Below the pieces are notes generated by a model. It worked only from the letters and a program-made list of their open reading frames with translations. It was not told the origin of the DNA and did not search any database. A stretch of DNA of 64,000 nucleotides from assembly GCA_965226375.1 (NCBI GenBank), contig CBDDCX010000008.1, positions 800,001 to 864,000 of the forward strand. The letters run 5' to 3'. The stretch comes from Longimicrobiales bacterium. GTDB taxonomy: Bacteria; Gemmatimonadota; Gemmatimonadetes; Longimicrobiales; Gaopeijiaceae. Below, piece after piece: positions 37,552 through 47,445 of this stretch (positions within the stretch are counted from its first letter, which is position 1; every line of letters begins with the position of its first letter). Position numbers and translations under genes: made by a program.

Positions 37552-38538
37552 ATGAGGTCCGTGGTTGTGGTGCGCCGGGGCGGAACAGTTGAATCGGTCC
37601 ACCGGGTCCACGCCGCCGTCGTAGACGGAGACGGTCGCCTGACGGCCAGTGTCGGAGATCCCGAGTATTCCGTCTTCTACCGATCCGCCGCAAAGCCCTT
37701 CCAGGCCGTGCCCCTGGTTGAAGACGGCATCGTCGAGCGTTTCGGGTTCACCACGGAGGAGTTGGCGCTCTGCTGCGCGTCCCACAACAGCGAGCCCGAG
37801 CATATCAGGATGGCTCGGTCCATCTTGGAGAAGGCGGCGCTGGTGGAAGAGGATCTGGAGTGTGGCCCGCACCTTCCGTATCACGAGGAATCGGCGAAGC
37901 AACTCCTACGCGCCGGCGAAGAACCGAGGGCGATCCACAACAACTGCTCTGGAAAACACGCCGGGATGCTGGCTCTGGCCAAGGCTCACGGCTGGCCCAC
38001 CCGTGGGTACATCGGGCGGGATCACCCGGTGCAGCGAAGGATGCTCGCTGAGGTCGTCCGCTGGACGGGTCTCGCCGAAGCGGAGATCGGACTCGCACAG
38101 GACGGATGTGGTGTGGTCTGCTTTGCCACGCCCGCCTCACGGCTCGCGTCGGGCTTCGCGAGATTGGGTGGGGCGGAGGGGCCACCGAGGGAGATCGTGC
38201 GCGCCATGACCGCTCACCCGTTTATGGTTGCCGGGACCGGCCGCTTCGGCACGGCTCTGGGTGAGGCCGCGCGTGATCGGTTGTTCGGTAAGACGGGAGC
38301 GGAGGGGGTGTTCGCCGTGGGCGCCCTCGACGGCTCGTTCGGGCTGGCCGTAAAGGTGGAGGATGGTGGCACGCGGGCCAGTTCCGTGGCGGTCCTTCAC
38401 ATTCTGAGCGATCTGGGCGTGCTGGACGGAGTCGACAGCGAGGAGCTGGATCGCTTTCGGGCACCCCCTACCATCAGCACTCGTGGAGTCGAGGTGGGTG
38501 ACATCAGACCGGAGTGCGAGTTGGAGCGGCACGGATGA
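37552..38538 (+). CDS. L-asparaginase II (Rhizobium AnsA type)
   Basis: RSAAKPFQA, CASHNSE, NNCSGKHAGML, DGCG, GKTGAEG. Confidence 0.9.
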   Translation: MRSVVVVRRGGTVESVHRVHAAVVDGDGRLTASVGDPEYSVFYRSAAKPFQAVPLVEDGIVERFGFTTEELALCCASHNSEPEHIRMARSILEKAALVEEDLECGPHLPYHEESAKQLLRAGEEPRAIHNNCSGKHAGMLALAKAHGWPTRGYIGRDHPVQRRMLAEVVRWTGLAEAEIGLAQDGCGVVCFATPASRLASGFARLGGAEGPPREIVRAMTAHPFMVAGTGRFGTALGEAARDRLFGKTGAEGVFAVGALDGSFGLAVKVEDGGTRASSVAVLHILSDLGVLDGVDSEELDRFRAPPTISTRGVEVGDIRPECELERHG

Positions 38539-39137
38539 CGGATAGTGAGCGGTCCCTGGTGCGCATAAGTGCGGCCCTCGCGTCGAGAGACAAGATGGCC
38601 CTCACGTCGGCCTTCGAAGAGGCTCGTGCGACCGCCACCGACCACCAGGTTGAGGAGGTGCTCCTCCAGTCCTACCTATTTCTGGGATTCCCGGCCTCGC
38701 TGAACGGCATGGCGGCGTGGCGCCGGTTTTCCGATACGGTGCCTTCGGTAGCTCAGGAATTGGACTGCGATATGTGGGCGGATCGCGGGCATGAGGTCTG
38801 TGGTTCGGTTTATGCGGGTCAGTACGACAAGCTGCGGGAGACCATTCGCGCCTTGCACCCTGATCTCGAGCAATGGATGGTGGTGGAGGGGTACGGGAAG
38901 GTTCTGGGAAGGCCTGATCTGCCCCTGACGACCCGGGAGATGTGCATCGTAGCAAGCCTGGCCATGCTGGGAGCCCTCAAGCAGCTTTATTCCCACCTCC
39001 GTGGAGCTCTCAACGTCGGAGTGGAGGCGTCGGATGTCGAAGAAGCTCTGGCTCAGGCTGACCCCTATCTGGACGAGGACGGACGCCTGATGTCTCTCAA
39101 GGTGTGGGAGAAGGTTCAGGAAAGGCACGAGCCGTAA
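38535..39137 (+). CDS. Carboxymuconolactone decarboxylase / AhpD-like family protein
   Basis: LQSYLFLGFPASLN, YGKVLGRPDL..REMCIVA..HLRGALNVG. Confidence 0.85.
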   Translation: MTDSERSLVRISAALASRDKMALTSAFEEARATATDHQVEEVLLQSYLFLGFPASLNGMAAWRRFSDTVPSVAQELDCDMWADRGHEVCGSVYAGQYDKLRETIRALHPDLEQWMVVEGYGKVLGRPDLPLTTREMCIVASLAMLGALKQLYSHLRGALNVGVEASDVEEALAQADPYLDEDGRLMSLKVWEKVQERHEP

Positions 39138-40162
39138 TGTTCGTCGATCGCACCGTCATCAACGTCTACGGGGGAGCGGGAGGCGCCGGATCCGAGGCGT
39201 ACCGTCGCGAGAAGGGTGTTCCCAGAGGTGGGCCTGCCGGAGGGGACGGCGGGGAGGGAGGGGACGTGGTCATGGTGGCGGATCCGCAGCTCTCCACGCT
39301 GCTCGACCTGCGCTACCGCCAGCACCACCGGGCCGAGCGGGGTCTCCATGGCTCGGGCAAGAACCAGACCGGGAAGAGCGGTGAGGACCTCATCATCCGG
39401 GTGCCGCCGGGCACGATCTTGAAGGATGCGGATACGGAGGAGATCCTCGGGGAGCTGCTCCAGGCCGGGGAACGGCTCGTCGTGGCGAAGGGCGGCAGAG
39501 GAGGCAGGGGCAACGTCCACTTCGTATCGCCCACGAATCAGACGCCGGTACGGTGGGAGCCGGGCGCGCTGGGTGAGGAGCGCCGGGTCGAGCTCGAGCT
39601 CAAGCTGATCGCCGATGTCGGCCTGGTAGGGGAGCCCAACGCAGGCAAGTCGACGCTTCTGGCGACTTCGTCCAAGGCCCGTCCCAAGGTGGCCGATTAT
39701 CCTTTCACCACGCTCCAGCCGAACCTGGGCGTGATCGAGCTCACGAACTACCGCACCTTCATCATCGCCGATATTCCGGGGATCATCGAAGGGGCGCACG
39801 AGGGAAAGGGCCTGGGTCTTCAATTCCTACGCCACATCGAGCGGACGCGGACCCTGGCGTTGTTGGTCCCGGTGAACTCCGCCGACCCTCAGGCCGAGTA
39901 CGTGGAGCTGCGAGACGAGTTGACGGCCTATTCAGGAGACCTGGGTACCAGGCCGCACTGCGTGGTGCTCACCAAGGCCGACCTCTTGGGCCCGGACGAC
40001 TCGCCGCCCGAGATCGACGCTCCGGATGCGTGGGCCACCTTCGTGATCTCGTCCGTCGCCCAATCCGGTCTCACCGAGCTGATGGAAGGCCTTTGGGAGC
40101 GGACCCGCGAAGCGATCGAGGAGGAAGAGGGGCCTGAGGAAGAGGATTGGTGGACTCCCTGA
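39137..40162 (+). CDS. obgE: GTPase ObgE
   Basis: MFVDR, glycine-rich Obg fold, GEPNAGKST, YPFTT, DIPG, TKAD. Confidence 0.97.
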   Translation: MFVDRTVINVYGGAGGAGSEAYRREKGVPRGGPAGGDGGEGGDVVMVADPQLSTLLDLRYRQHHRAERGLHGSGKNQTGKSGEDLIIRVPPGTILKDADTEEILGELLQAGERLVVAKGGRGGRGNVHFVSPTNQTPVRWEPGALGEERRVELELKLIADVGLVGEPNAGKSTLLATSSKARPKVADYPFTTLQPNLGVIELTNYRTFIIADIPGIIEGAHEGKGLGLQFLRHIERTRTLALLVPVNSADPQAEYVELRDELTAYSGDLGTRPHCVVLTKADLLGPDDSPPEIDAPDAWATFVISSVAQSGLTELMEGLWERTREAIEEEEGPEEEDWWTP

Positions 40163-40182
40163 GTGCGGGGCGGGACGGAAGT

Positions 40183-41319
40183 ATGGAGAATGGCGCCTCG
40201 AAGGACTGGTCTGGGGAGCGTGCCCGGGAGGTCGAGGCCGTCATGCGACTCCACTGCATTCCCCGGGTCGGAACCCGGACGCTGTGGCGCATCCTGGAAC
40301 GATTCGGCTCCGGCGTCGCGGCTCTGGAGGCGCCTGCAGCTCGGTTGAACGCCGTGGCGGGATCGTCCCATGCCGCTGCCGCCCTCGGAGCGCCGGAGCT
40401 GAACGAGCGGGTCGCGGGCGCTTTGAAGCGGTGCGCCGCTTCGGACATGCAGGTCCTGACGTGGCGTGACCCGATCTACCCCGAGAGGCTGCTCCAACTC
40501 GCCGACCCCCCAGCGCTTCTCTTTTGCCGGGGCAACGCGGGGCTTCTTTCCAACCCTGCCGTGACCGTAGTGGGCTTGCGCCACTCCACCCCGTATGGCC
40601 GTAGGGTGGCAGAGAGTCTGGCGGCCGAGCTCTCGGGACGGGGCATTGTGGTTGTGAGCGGCCTGGCACTCGGGATCGACGGAGCCGCCCATCGGGGCGC
40701 TCTGGAGTCGGGGGGAGACACCATCGCTGTACTCGGCTCCGGGGTCGATTTGATTGAGCCTTCCTCTCACCGGGCGCTCGGTCAGCGGGTCGCCCGCGAG
40801 GGTCTCCTCCTGTCCGAGTTTCTTCCGGGGGAGCCCGCCCAGGCCTATCACTTTCCGCGGAGAAATCGCATTCTCGCGGCCCTCGGTGCCGCGGTGGTGG
40901 TGGTAGAAGCCGGTGCCCGAAGTGGTGCGTTCATCACGGTGGAGCACGCTCTCGACCTGGGTCGAGACGTGTACGCGGTGCCCGGACCGATCGACTCCGT
41001 CCAGAGCCGGGGGTGCAACACCCTGCTCCGGCAGGGGGCCCACGTCGTCAGCTCGGTCCGGGACTTCACCCGTGAGCTCACGTTTCTCGACCTACCTGTA
41101 CCCACCACGCGCGCGGTCGGGCGCGCGGGAGAGCCGCGTCGGCTGACCCCGGTAGCGCGTCAGGTGTGGGGGGTGCTGGACGACCGGCCCGTCAGGATCG
41201 AGGAGCTGGCTCGGCTCACCCAGCTCGACTCCAGGAGTGTCCTGGCGGTCCTCACCGAGCTGGAGGTCGCGGGGTGGGTTGAACAGGAGGCGGGAATGCG
41301 CTTCCGCAAGGCTTCCTGA
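40183..41319 (+). CDS. dprA: DNA-processing protein DprA; start uncertain
   Basis: YPERL..DPP, VSGLALGIDGAAH, FPRRNRILAAL, VVEAGARSGA. Confidence 0.93.
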   Translation: MENGASKDWSGERAREVEAVMRLHCIPRVGTRTLWRILERFGSGVAALEAPAARLNAVAGSSHAAAALGAPELNERVAGALKRCAASDMQVLTWRDPIYPERLLQLADPPALLFCRGNAGLLSNPAVTVVGLRHSTPYGRRVAESLAAELSGRGIVVVSGLALGIDGAAHRGALESGGDTIAVLGSGVDLIEPSSHRALGQRVAREGLLLSEFLPGEPAQAYHFPRRNRILAALGAAVVVVEAGARSGAFITVEHALDLGRDVYAVPGPIDSVQSRGCNTLLRQGAHVVSSVRDFTRELTFLDLPVPTTRAVGRAGEPRRLTPVARQVWGVLDDRPVRIEELARLTQLDSRSVLAVLTELEVAGWVEQEAGMRFRKAS

Positions 41320-41320
41320 A

Positions 41321-42514
41321 ATGACCACCTCAGCGCTTCGCCCGGTCCTGCTCGACGATCCTGTGGTCGCAGGCGGGGCCATCCGCTCGCTGTACGTCCA
41401 CGCACCCTTCTGTTCCCGCCGTTGCTTCTACTGTGACTTCGCGGTCAAAGTGGCGCCGCAGGGCGACCCGGGGGAATGGCTCCAGGCGATCGGCGGAGAG
41501 CTTCGCTCCCTGGAAGAGGAAGGGGTCTTCTTGCTCGACGCCTCTTTGGACACCGTGTACATAGGGGGTGGAACGCCGTCCCTCCTGGGTCCGGCGGCCA
41601 TGGATGGGATCCGACAGTTGGTGAACCCGACCCGCCTGGGATCGCCTCACCTGGAATGGACGAGCGAGGCGAACCCGGAGAGCTTTACGAGAGACGTGGC
41701 CGAGGGCTGGCGGCGCGCCGGCGTGAACCGCCTGAGCCTCGGAGTCCAGAGCCTGTACGAACCCGCGCTGCGTTGGATGGGGCGGCTCCACGGCGCGGCC
41801 GGGGCGGAACAGGCCGTTCGTACGGCCCGGGATGCCGGCTTCGCTAACGTCAGCGTGGACCTGATCTTCGGGCTGCCGGCGCACCTCGGCCGTGATCTGG
41901 GGCGGGATCTCGACGGAGTTCTGGCGCTGGAGGCCGATCATGTGAGCCTCTACGGACTGAGCGTCGAGTCGGAGACACCCTTGGGACGCGCCGTGGCCGA
42001 GGGCAGCGAGACCGTGGCCTCCGACGGGCGGTACGAGTCGGAGTACCTCACGGCCGTGCAACGCCTGACCGACGCCGGTTACGAGGCGTACGAGGTCTCG
42101 AACTTCGCCCGCCCCGGACGGGCCTCACGTCACAACCTGGTGTATTGGTCCGGAGAGCCGTATCTGGGGCTCGGGAATGGGGCACACAGCTACCGACACC
42201 CGGTGCGCCGGTGGAACCTCAGGGACTGGGACGCCTATCGGGTAGGGGCGGTCGGGGGCGCTCCTCCGGTAGCCGACCAGGAGGAGCTCGATGCCGACAA
42301 GTGCCGGCTCGAGCGCATCTGGCTGGGACTGCGTACGTGTAGGGGGGTGACGACCAGGGACCTTCCGATCGCCGCTCGGGAACGAGTGCAGCGGTGGGTT
42401 GGAGGTGGCCTCGCGGTGGAGGATCGGGAGGTCGTTCGACTGACTCCGGCGGGGTGGTTGATCATGGATCGCCTCACCGTCGAGCTCGACGGTGACGTGT
42501 CGGGCGTTGACTAG
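41321..42514 (+). CDS. hemW: Radical SAM heme chaperone HemW (HemN-like)
   Basis: YVHAPFCSRRCFYCDF, YIGGGTPS, YEVSNF, HNLVYW; precedes hrcA. Confidence 0.92.
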   Translation: MTTSALRPVLLDDPVVAGGAIRSLYVHAPFCSRRCFYCDFAVKVAPQGDPGEWLQAIGGELRSLEEEGVFLLDASLDTVYIGGGTPSLLGPAAMDGIRQLVNPTRLGSPHLEWTSEANPESFTRDVAEGWRRAGVNRLSLGVQSLYEPALRWMGRLHGAAGAEQAVRTARDAGFANVSVDLIFGLPAHLGRDLGRDLDGVLALEADHVSLYGLSVESETPLGRAVAEGSETVASDGRYESEYLTAVQRLTDAGYEAYEVSNFARPGRASRHNLVYWSGEPYLGLGNGAHSYRHPVRRWNLRDWDAYRVGAVGGAPPVADQEELDADKCRLERIWLGLRTCRGVTTRDLPIAARERVQRWVGGGLAVEDREVVRLTPAGWLIMDRLTVELDGDVSGVD

Positions 42515-42537
42515 GTCCGCAGCAGAATTCGATCTTG

Positions 42538-42574
42538 TAACGCGACCCGCCGTAATTATTCAATAGCCTTTTAG
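42538..42574 (+). repeat. Degenerate right end of the MITE A family upstream of hrcA
   Basis: taacgcgacccgccgtaattattcaatagccttttag matches 17377-17413 at 32/37. Confidence 0.7.
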
Positions 42575-42587
42575 GACCCGTGGGCAG

Positions 42588-43661
42588 ATGAGCCTTCAGA
42601 GGACGAAACCCGTCGGACAGGAGCTTTCCGACCGCGAGCGCCAGGTGCTCGAGGCCGTGGTCCGCACTTATGTGGATCGCGCCGAGCCGGCGGGGAGCCG
42701 CACCGTTGCGAAGAGGTTCGAGCTCGGAGTGTCGCCGGCTACCGTGCGCAATACGATGAGCGACCTCGAGTCGAAGGGCTATCTCTTCCACCCGCACACG
42801 TCGGCGGGGCGCATACCTACCGACCACGCGTACCGCTTCTATGTCGACCGCATCGTGCAGCCTGCAGCGCTTACCGACGCCGAGCGGGAACACCTGTCAA
42901 ACGAGATCGAGTCGTCTGGCTCTTCGGCCGTCGAGCGACTGGTCCAGCGCTCGATCCGGGCCCTGAGCCTCCTGTCACAGGAGTTGGGCGTAGCCGTCGC
43001 GCCCAGCCTGGCCGACGCTACTCTGGAGCACCTCGAGCTCATCCAGGTGTCGAGCGCCAAGATCCTCATGGTCATGACCATCCGAAGCGGGCTCGTCCGG
43101 ACGGTCTACGTCGACCTGCCCGGAGAGGTCCAGTCGGACGTCCTGACCAACGTCAGCCGGGTCCTGAACGAGAGACTGAGCGGTCTGACGCTTAGGGAGA
43201 TCCGTGAGACGATGCCGGACCGGCTTAGGGATTCCTCGCCCGACGACGGGTCGGGGACCGGGGAGCTGCTGAACATTTTCATGCAGTCGAGCTCGGAGCT
43301 GTTCGAGTGGCCTTCGACTGAGGCGGGCTCGGTTCAGCTGGGTCAGACGAGCGTGCTGGCGGCTCAGCCGGAATTCACCAGTGGCGAGCGACTGAAGGGG
43401 CTCATCGAGCTCACCGAGCAGCGGGACCTGCTTGCGCAGGTTCTGGGTAGCCGTGAGCACAAGGGCGGGCTCCAGATCACCATCGGCGGTGAACACGCCG
43501 CCGAGGCCCTCGCCGACTTCACGCTCGTGACCGCCGAATACCGCGTCGGTGGACTGAAGGGGGTAATCGGGGTCATTGGACCGACCCGCATGCCGTACGA
43601 GAAGGTGATCGCCATCGTTGACTATACTTCGACGCTGGTCAACAGCGTCCTCGGCGCTTAG
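42588..43661 (+). CDS. hrcA: Heat-inducible transcription repressor HrcA
   Basis: SPATVRNTMSDLE..GYLFHPHTSAGRIPT, GVIGPTRMPY. Confidence 0.96.
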   Translation: MSLQRTKPVGQELSDRERQVLEAVVRTYVDRAEPAGSRTVAKRFELGVSPATVRNTMSDLESKGYLFHPHTSAGRIPTDHAYRFYVDRIVQPAALTDAEREHLSNEIESSGSSAVERLVQRSIRALSLLSQELGVAVAPSLADATLEHLELIQVSSAKILMVMTIRSGLVRTVYVDLPGEVQSDVLTNVSRVLNERLSGLTLREIRETMPDRLRDSSPDDGSGTGELLNIFMQSSSELFEWPSTEAGSVQLGQTSVLAAQPEFTSGERLKGLIELTEQRDLLAQVLGSREHKGGLQITIGGEHAAEALADFTLVTAEYRVGGLKGVIGVIGPTRMPYEKVIAIVDYTSTLVNSVLGA

Positions 43662-43723
43662 AAGGCTCCGCAACGCGCCCCACCTTACCTCTTGAACAAG
43701 CTTATAGGGACATACACCAAGTA

Positions 43724-44881
43724 ATGGCCGACTACTACCAACTACTGGGCATTCCCAGGGATGCCAATTCGGATGACATCAAGAAGGCGTATCGCAAACT
43801 CGCCCTCAAGTATCATCCCGATCGCAACCAGGGTGGCTCCAAAGAGACCGAGGACCGCTTTAAGGAGGCAACGGAGGCGTATGAGGTGCTCCGTGACTCG
43901 GAGAAGCGCTCCGTGTACGACCGTTACGGGGAGCAGGGACTCAAGAGGGGTGCCGGTGGGCCTGCGGGTGGCTTCGACTTTGCGGATGCCATCGAGGTCT
44001 TCATGCGTGATTTCGGTGGCTTTGGCGGGCTGGAGGATCTCTTCGGTGGGCGACAGAGGGGCTCGTCCGGGTCGCCCCGGAAGGGACAGGCCATCAAGGT
44101 GAAGGTCCCGCTGACGCTGCTCGAAGTCGCCACGGGCGTCACCAAGACCCTCCGAGTGGCCGTCCTGGGGTCCTGCGAGGGCTGTGACGGCAGCGGGGCG
44201 GCAGAGGGATCGGGGCCTGTGGCCTGCACCACGTGCGGCGGGTCCGGCGAAGAGCGGCACGTCCAACGATCTGTGTTCGGGCAGTTCGTGAGCGTGGCGC
44301 CGTGCCGGACGTGCGCCGGCGAGGGTCGCGTGATCGACCGGCCTTGCACCAAGTGCAACGGAGACGGACGGACGCGCATGCATCGGGAGATCGACGTGGA
44401 GATCCCCCCCGGTGTGACGTCCGAGAACTTCCTGACCCTTCGAGGTGAGGGAAACCAGGGACCCAGGGGTGGCCCCAATGGTGACATCATCGTTCTACTC
44501 GTGGTGGAGGATGACACCCCCTTTGTCAGGGACGGCCCTCATCTTCGTTATGAGCTCCCGGTCACCTTCGCCCAGGCGGCCCTGGGGACCGAGGTGGAGG
44601 TTCCGACCGTGGAAGGCACCGTGCGACTCACCATCCCGCCCGGAGTCCAGAGTGGCGAGGTGCTACGGCTCCGTGGGCGAGGGCTTCCGGAGCTGAACGG
44701 CCGCAGCAAGGGAGACCAGCTTGTCCGCATCGTGGTGTGGACCCCTGATCGTCTTTCGGTGGAGCAGGAAGAGGTGCTCCAGGCCCTGCGTGATGTCGAG
44801 GATCCCGCTCCCGAACATATCCGGGGCGAGTCCCGAAGGAGCCTGTGGTCACGCGTGCAGGAGGCGTTTACGCAGGCGTGA
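43724..44881 (+). CDS. dnaJ: Chaperone DnaJ
   Basis: J domain HPD, G/F region, four CxxCxGxG repeats. Confidence 0.97.
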   Translation: MADYYQLLGIPRDANSDDIKKAYRKLALKYHPDRNQGGSKETEDRFKEATEAYEVLRDSEKRSVYDRYGEQGLKRGAGGPAGGFDFADAIEVFMRDFGGFGGLEDLFGGRQRGSSGSPRKGQAIKVKVPLTLLEVATGVTKTLRVAVLGSCEGCDGSGAAEGSGPVACTTCGGSGEERHVQRSVFGQFVSVAPCRTCAGEGRVIDRPCTKCNGDGRTRMHREIDVEIPPGVTSENFLTLRGEGNQGPRGGPNGDIIVLLVVEDDTPFVRDGPHLRYELPVTFAQAALGTEVEVPTVEGTVRLTIPPGVQSGEVLRLRGRGLPELNGRSKGDQLVRIVVWTPDRLSVEQEEVLQALRDVEDPAPEHIRGESRRSLWSRVQEAFTQA

Positions 44882-45574
44882 CCGAACCGCAGGGCTCCTC
44901 GGGTTCCGTTCCGGAGCGCTGGTTCGTTCTGTCTGTTCGTTCCGATTCGCCCCACGGTGTGGATCTTCTGGTCGATCCGTTGATGTCGCTGGGTGCGCGC
45001 GCCGTGGAGGAACGGGACGGCGAGCTGATCACCCACCTTCCGCCCCCGGACCGGCCGGAGGAATTTCTCCAGCGTGTCCGGACGATCCTTCAGGCCGCTA
45101 CCGGCCTCGAGGATCTTCAACTCGGTTGGTCTTGGCAGGCGCATGAGGACTGGGCATCGACCTGGAAGCAGGGCCTCGCCCCTCGCAGGCTCACCGAGCG
45201 ACTGGTAGTGTCCCCGAGCTGGTGCGAGGACGAGGCGCGTGACCTCGCGGGCCAGGATGCCGTGGTGGTCATCATAGACCCCGGGATGGCCTTCGGGACC
45301 GCCGAGCACGGGACGACCCGGGGCGCCCTGCGGCTGCTGGACCGTGCGCTCCGTTCCGGACAGGTCCTTCTTGACGCCGGATGCGGATCGGCGATCCTGG
45401 CCATCTCCGCGGCGCGGCTGGGTGCGGCGCAGGTGCTGGTGGTGGACCTGGATACGTACGCGACCGAAGCGGCTCGGGAAAACGTGGACGCCAACGGTGT
45501 CGCCGATCGTGTCACGGTCGAAACGACCGCGGTGAGCTCGGACTGGATCGTACGACGAGGCTCATTTGACGGGA

Positions 45575-46641
45575 AAGGGGGTATTCCCTTAAGTCCACCG
45601 ACCCCAAGATATAGTGGTTACCGGGGCTCTGCGGGCCGTTTCCCACGTCCGGTGCCGAGGTAAAGGGCCGAAGCTGGCGTGGGAGCACACTGAACAGCCT
45701 GCTCAAGCAAGCGGTAGAACAACAGGCCGCGAGCCCGGGATGTGCGTCGGTTGAAGCGAAAGGTGAACTCGTCCAGATAGTAGGGGAGGTGTTCGCGGGC
45801 GATCCCTCCTTGGAGGGTTCCGAGGACCCAGCGCTTGAGGAGAGACGCCACCCGATGTACGGCCGACATGAGCACGTGAGCGGGATCGCCGGAGGTCGAG
45901 AGGTTCGTGACCGTGTGGCGAAAGCCCAGTTTGGCGAGTCCCTGATAGCTTGGCCATCCGTCGGTATGCACCGTGCTTGCCGGTGCGATGCTATCCTTGA
46001 CGAAGCCTCGCAGAACCGGAGCGGAGAGGTCGGGCACCCAACGCAGCCGTATTCTCCCGATCTTGCGTCCGTCGACCTCGGCGGCGATCGCGACGATGGC
46101 CTTCTTGATCGTCTCGCGGCCCCGCACTCCAGCCTCCACGCCCCCGACATAGCTCTCGTCCACTTGCACAACGCCGCTCAGCTGGTCGCGATCCGGTCGG
46201 ACCATGGCCCGGCGGAGCTTGTGGAGCCAGACCCACGCTGTCTTGTAGCTTCCCAGTCCGAGCACGCGCTGGAGCCCGAGAGCATTGGCTCCGTATTTCT
46301 GGCTCGTGAGCTCCCAGGCAGCGAGAAACCACAGACGCAGGGGCGAGCGCGTGCGGTGGAACACGGTTCCCGCCAGCACCGAGGTCTGCCTTCGACAGTG
46401 TGGGCAGACGAGACGCCCCCGCGATGCTCGCCAGACCTCTCCCAACCCGCCACAGCCCACGCACACAAACCCTTCCGGCCAGCGCAGACCCTCCACGTAC
46501 TCCAGGCATGCCGCATCGTCGGGGAAGAACTCGTCCAGCTCCAGCCGCGTACGGGGATAGTCCACGCCGCCACGGAGCTGAGAAGCCGGAACCGCCATGA
46601 CCACAACATGTAGTGGGCGGTGGACTTAAGGCAATACCCCA
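45575..46641 (-). mobile_element. IS1595-family insertion sequence (ISSod11-group-like), about 1.07 kb
   Basis: IRs ggggtattcccttaagtccaccg (45578-45600) and cggtggacttaaggcaatacccc (46618-46640), 1 mismatch; direct repeat ttgacggga at 45566-45574 and 46642-46650. Confidence 0.93.
45618..46598 (-). CDS. IS1595-family transposase (intact ORF)
   Basis: RWPEGFVCVGC..CPHC zinc ribbon, VQVDESYVGG, VHTDGWPSY, VHRVASLLKRW, YLDEFTFRFNRR. Confidence 0.95.
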   Translation of the reverse strand: MAVPASQLRGGVDYPRTRLELDEFFPDDAACLEYVEGLRWPEGFVCVGCGGLGEVWRASRGRLVCPHCRRQTSVLAGTVFHRTRSPLRLWFLAAWELTSQKYGANALGLQRVLGLGSYKTAWVWLHKLRRAMVRPDRDQLSGVVQVDESYVGGVEAGVRGRETIKKAIVAIAAEVDGRKIGRIRLRWVPDLSAPVLRGFVKDSIAPASTVHTDGWPSYQGLAKLGFRHTVTNLSTSGDPAHVLMSAVHRVASLLKRWVLGTLQGGIAREHLPYYLDEFTFRFNRRTSRARGLLFYRLLEQAVQCAPTPASALYLGTGRGKRPAEPR

Positions 46642-46866
46642 TTGACGGGATTCTGGCCAACATCCAAACGGAGGTGCTGATCCCCTTTCTCGCGAGCTTC
46701 GCCGTGGCCCTCGAGCGGGACGGGTGGATGATCCTGAGCGGCATCCTGTACGAGGAATGGTCTCGGCTGGCCGACGCTGTCACCGAGGCGGGTTTCTCTC
46801 TCGAGGCGATGGACAGCGACGGGGAGTGGAGAACCGGGTGGTTCACGATCACGCAGGGATCCTGAT

Positions 46867-47304
46867 TCACAGTCTCGGCAGATCGGCGGGGCTCGCCGAG
46901 CCGCCGAGAACCGCGGACTCGCGCTCCATGAGTAGCAGCCACCGGGCCGTAGCCATCGCGGAGCCCTGATCCACCTGGCGTCCCACGGAGCGCAGCGTTT
47001 CGGACAAGCGAGCCCGGGCGGGCGAGCAGGGTCTTTGGTGCGGCCGGAGGCCGAGGACCCAGCGGTCGAGGGTCCATGCCTCGGCTCCGCTGGCGATGGT
47101 CCGCCCCCCACGCCAGGGTCCAACCCACGGATCCAGCACTCGAAAGAGCTCGGGGCTGCCCTTGAGCTCGCGGAGCACCCGTTCCGGGCCACCGGTCGCC
47201 GTGACGGTCTCTCGTTCCAGGGCTTCGACCAGAAGCCGCAATGGAAGCGCCGGAGATGTGGAGCGCCAAAGGATCTCCTGGGCGTGCTCGGACAGGGTCT
47301 TCAT
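46867..47304 (-). CDS. Hypothetical protein (possible winged-helix-like N-terminus)
   Basis: 145-aa ORF filling the gap, GGAGG SD upstream of ATG on the minus strand. Confidence 0.6.
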   Translation of the reverse strand: MKTLSEHAQEILWRSTSPALPLRLLVEALERETVTATGGPERVLRELKGSPELFRVLDPWVGPWRGGRTIASGAEAWTLDRWVLGLRPHQRPCSPARARLSETLRSVGRQVDQGSAMATARWLLLMERESAVLGGSASPADLPRL

Positions 47305-47445
47305 GAGTCCTCCAGTGATTGATGGATAGGCCGACTAGACACGAATACGTGGTATTGCCGGACAGCTGAATAGCTAGAAGGGACGCGGACTTTCCGGAAC
47401 GGGGTCGCGTTGACCCCCCCAGGGGCTTCGGATAGCTTCAGCCCC

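Larger units (their letters stand above)
44878..46865 (+). pseudogene. prmA: Ribosomal protein L11 methyltransferase, interrupted by an IS
   Basis: 5' part IDPGMAFGTAEHGTT, DAGCGSAIL; 3' part ILANI..ILSGIL; removing 45575-46650 restores ...GSFDGILANIQ... Confidence 0.92.

Noticed and set aside
42515..43723. CIRCE element near hrcA or dnaJ
   Set aside because: No TTAGCACTC-N9-GAGTGCTAA match in either spacer
45575..45663. C-terminal tail of the 272-aa ORF and the separate 81-aa ORF at 46620
   Set aside because: Artefacts of the IS insertion into prmA
47374..47412. Reverse-strand aacgcgaccc...ccttctag resembling a MITE A end
   Set aside because: Only the outer 8-10 nt match; the middle is unrelated and the spacing differs
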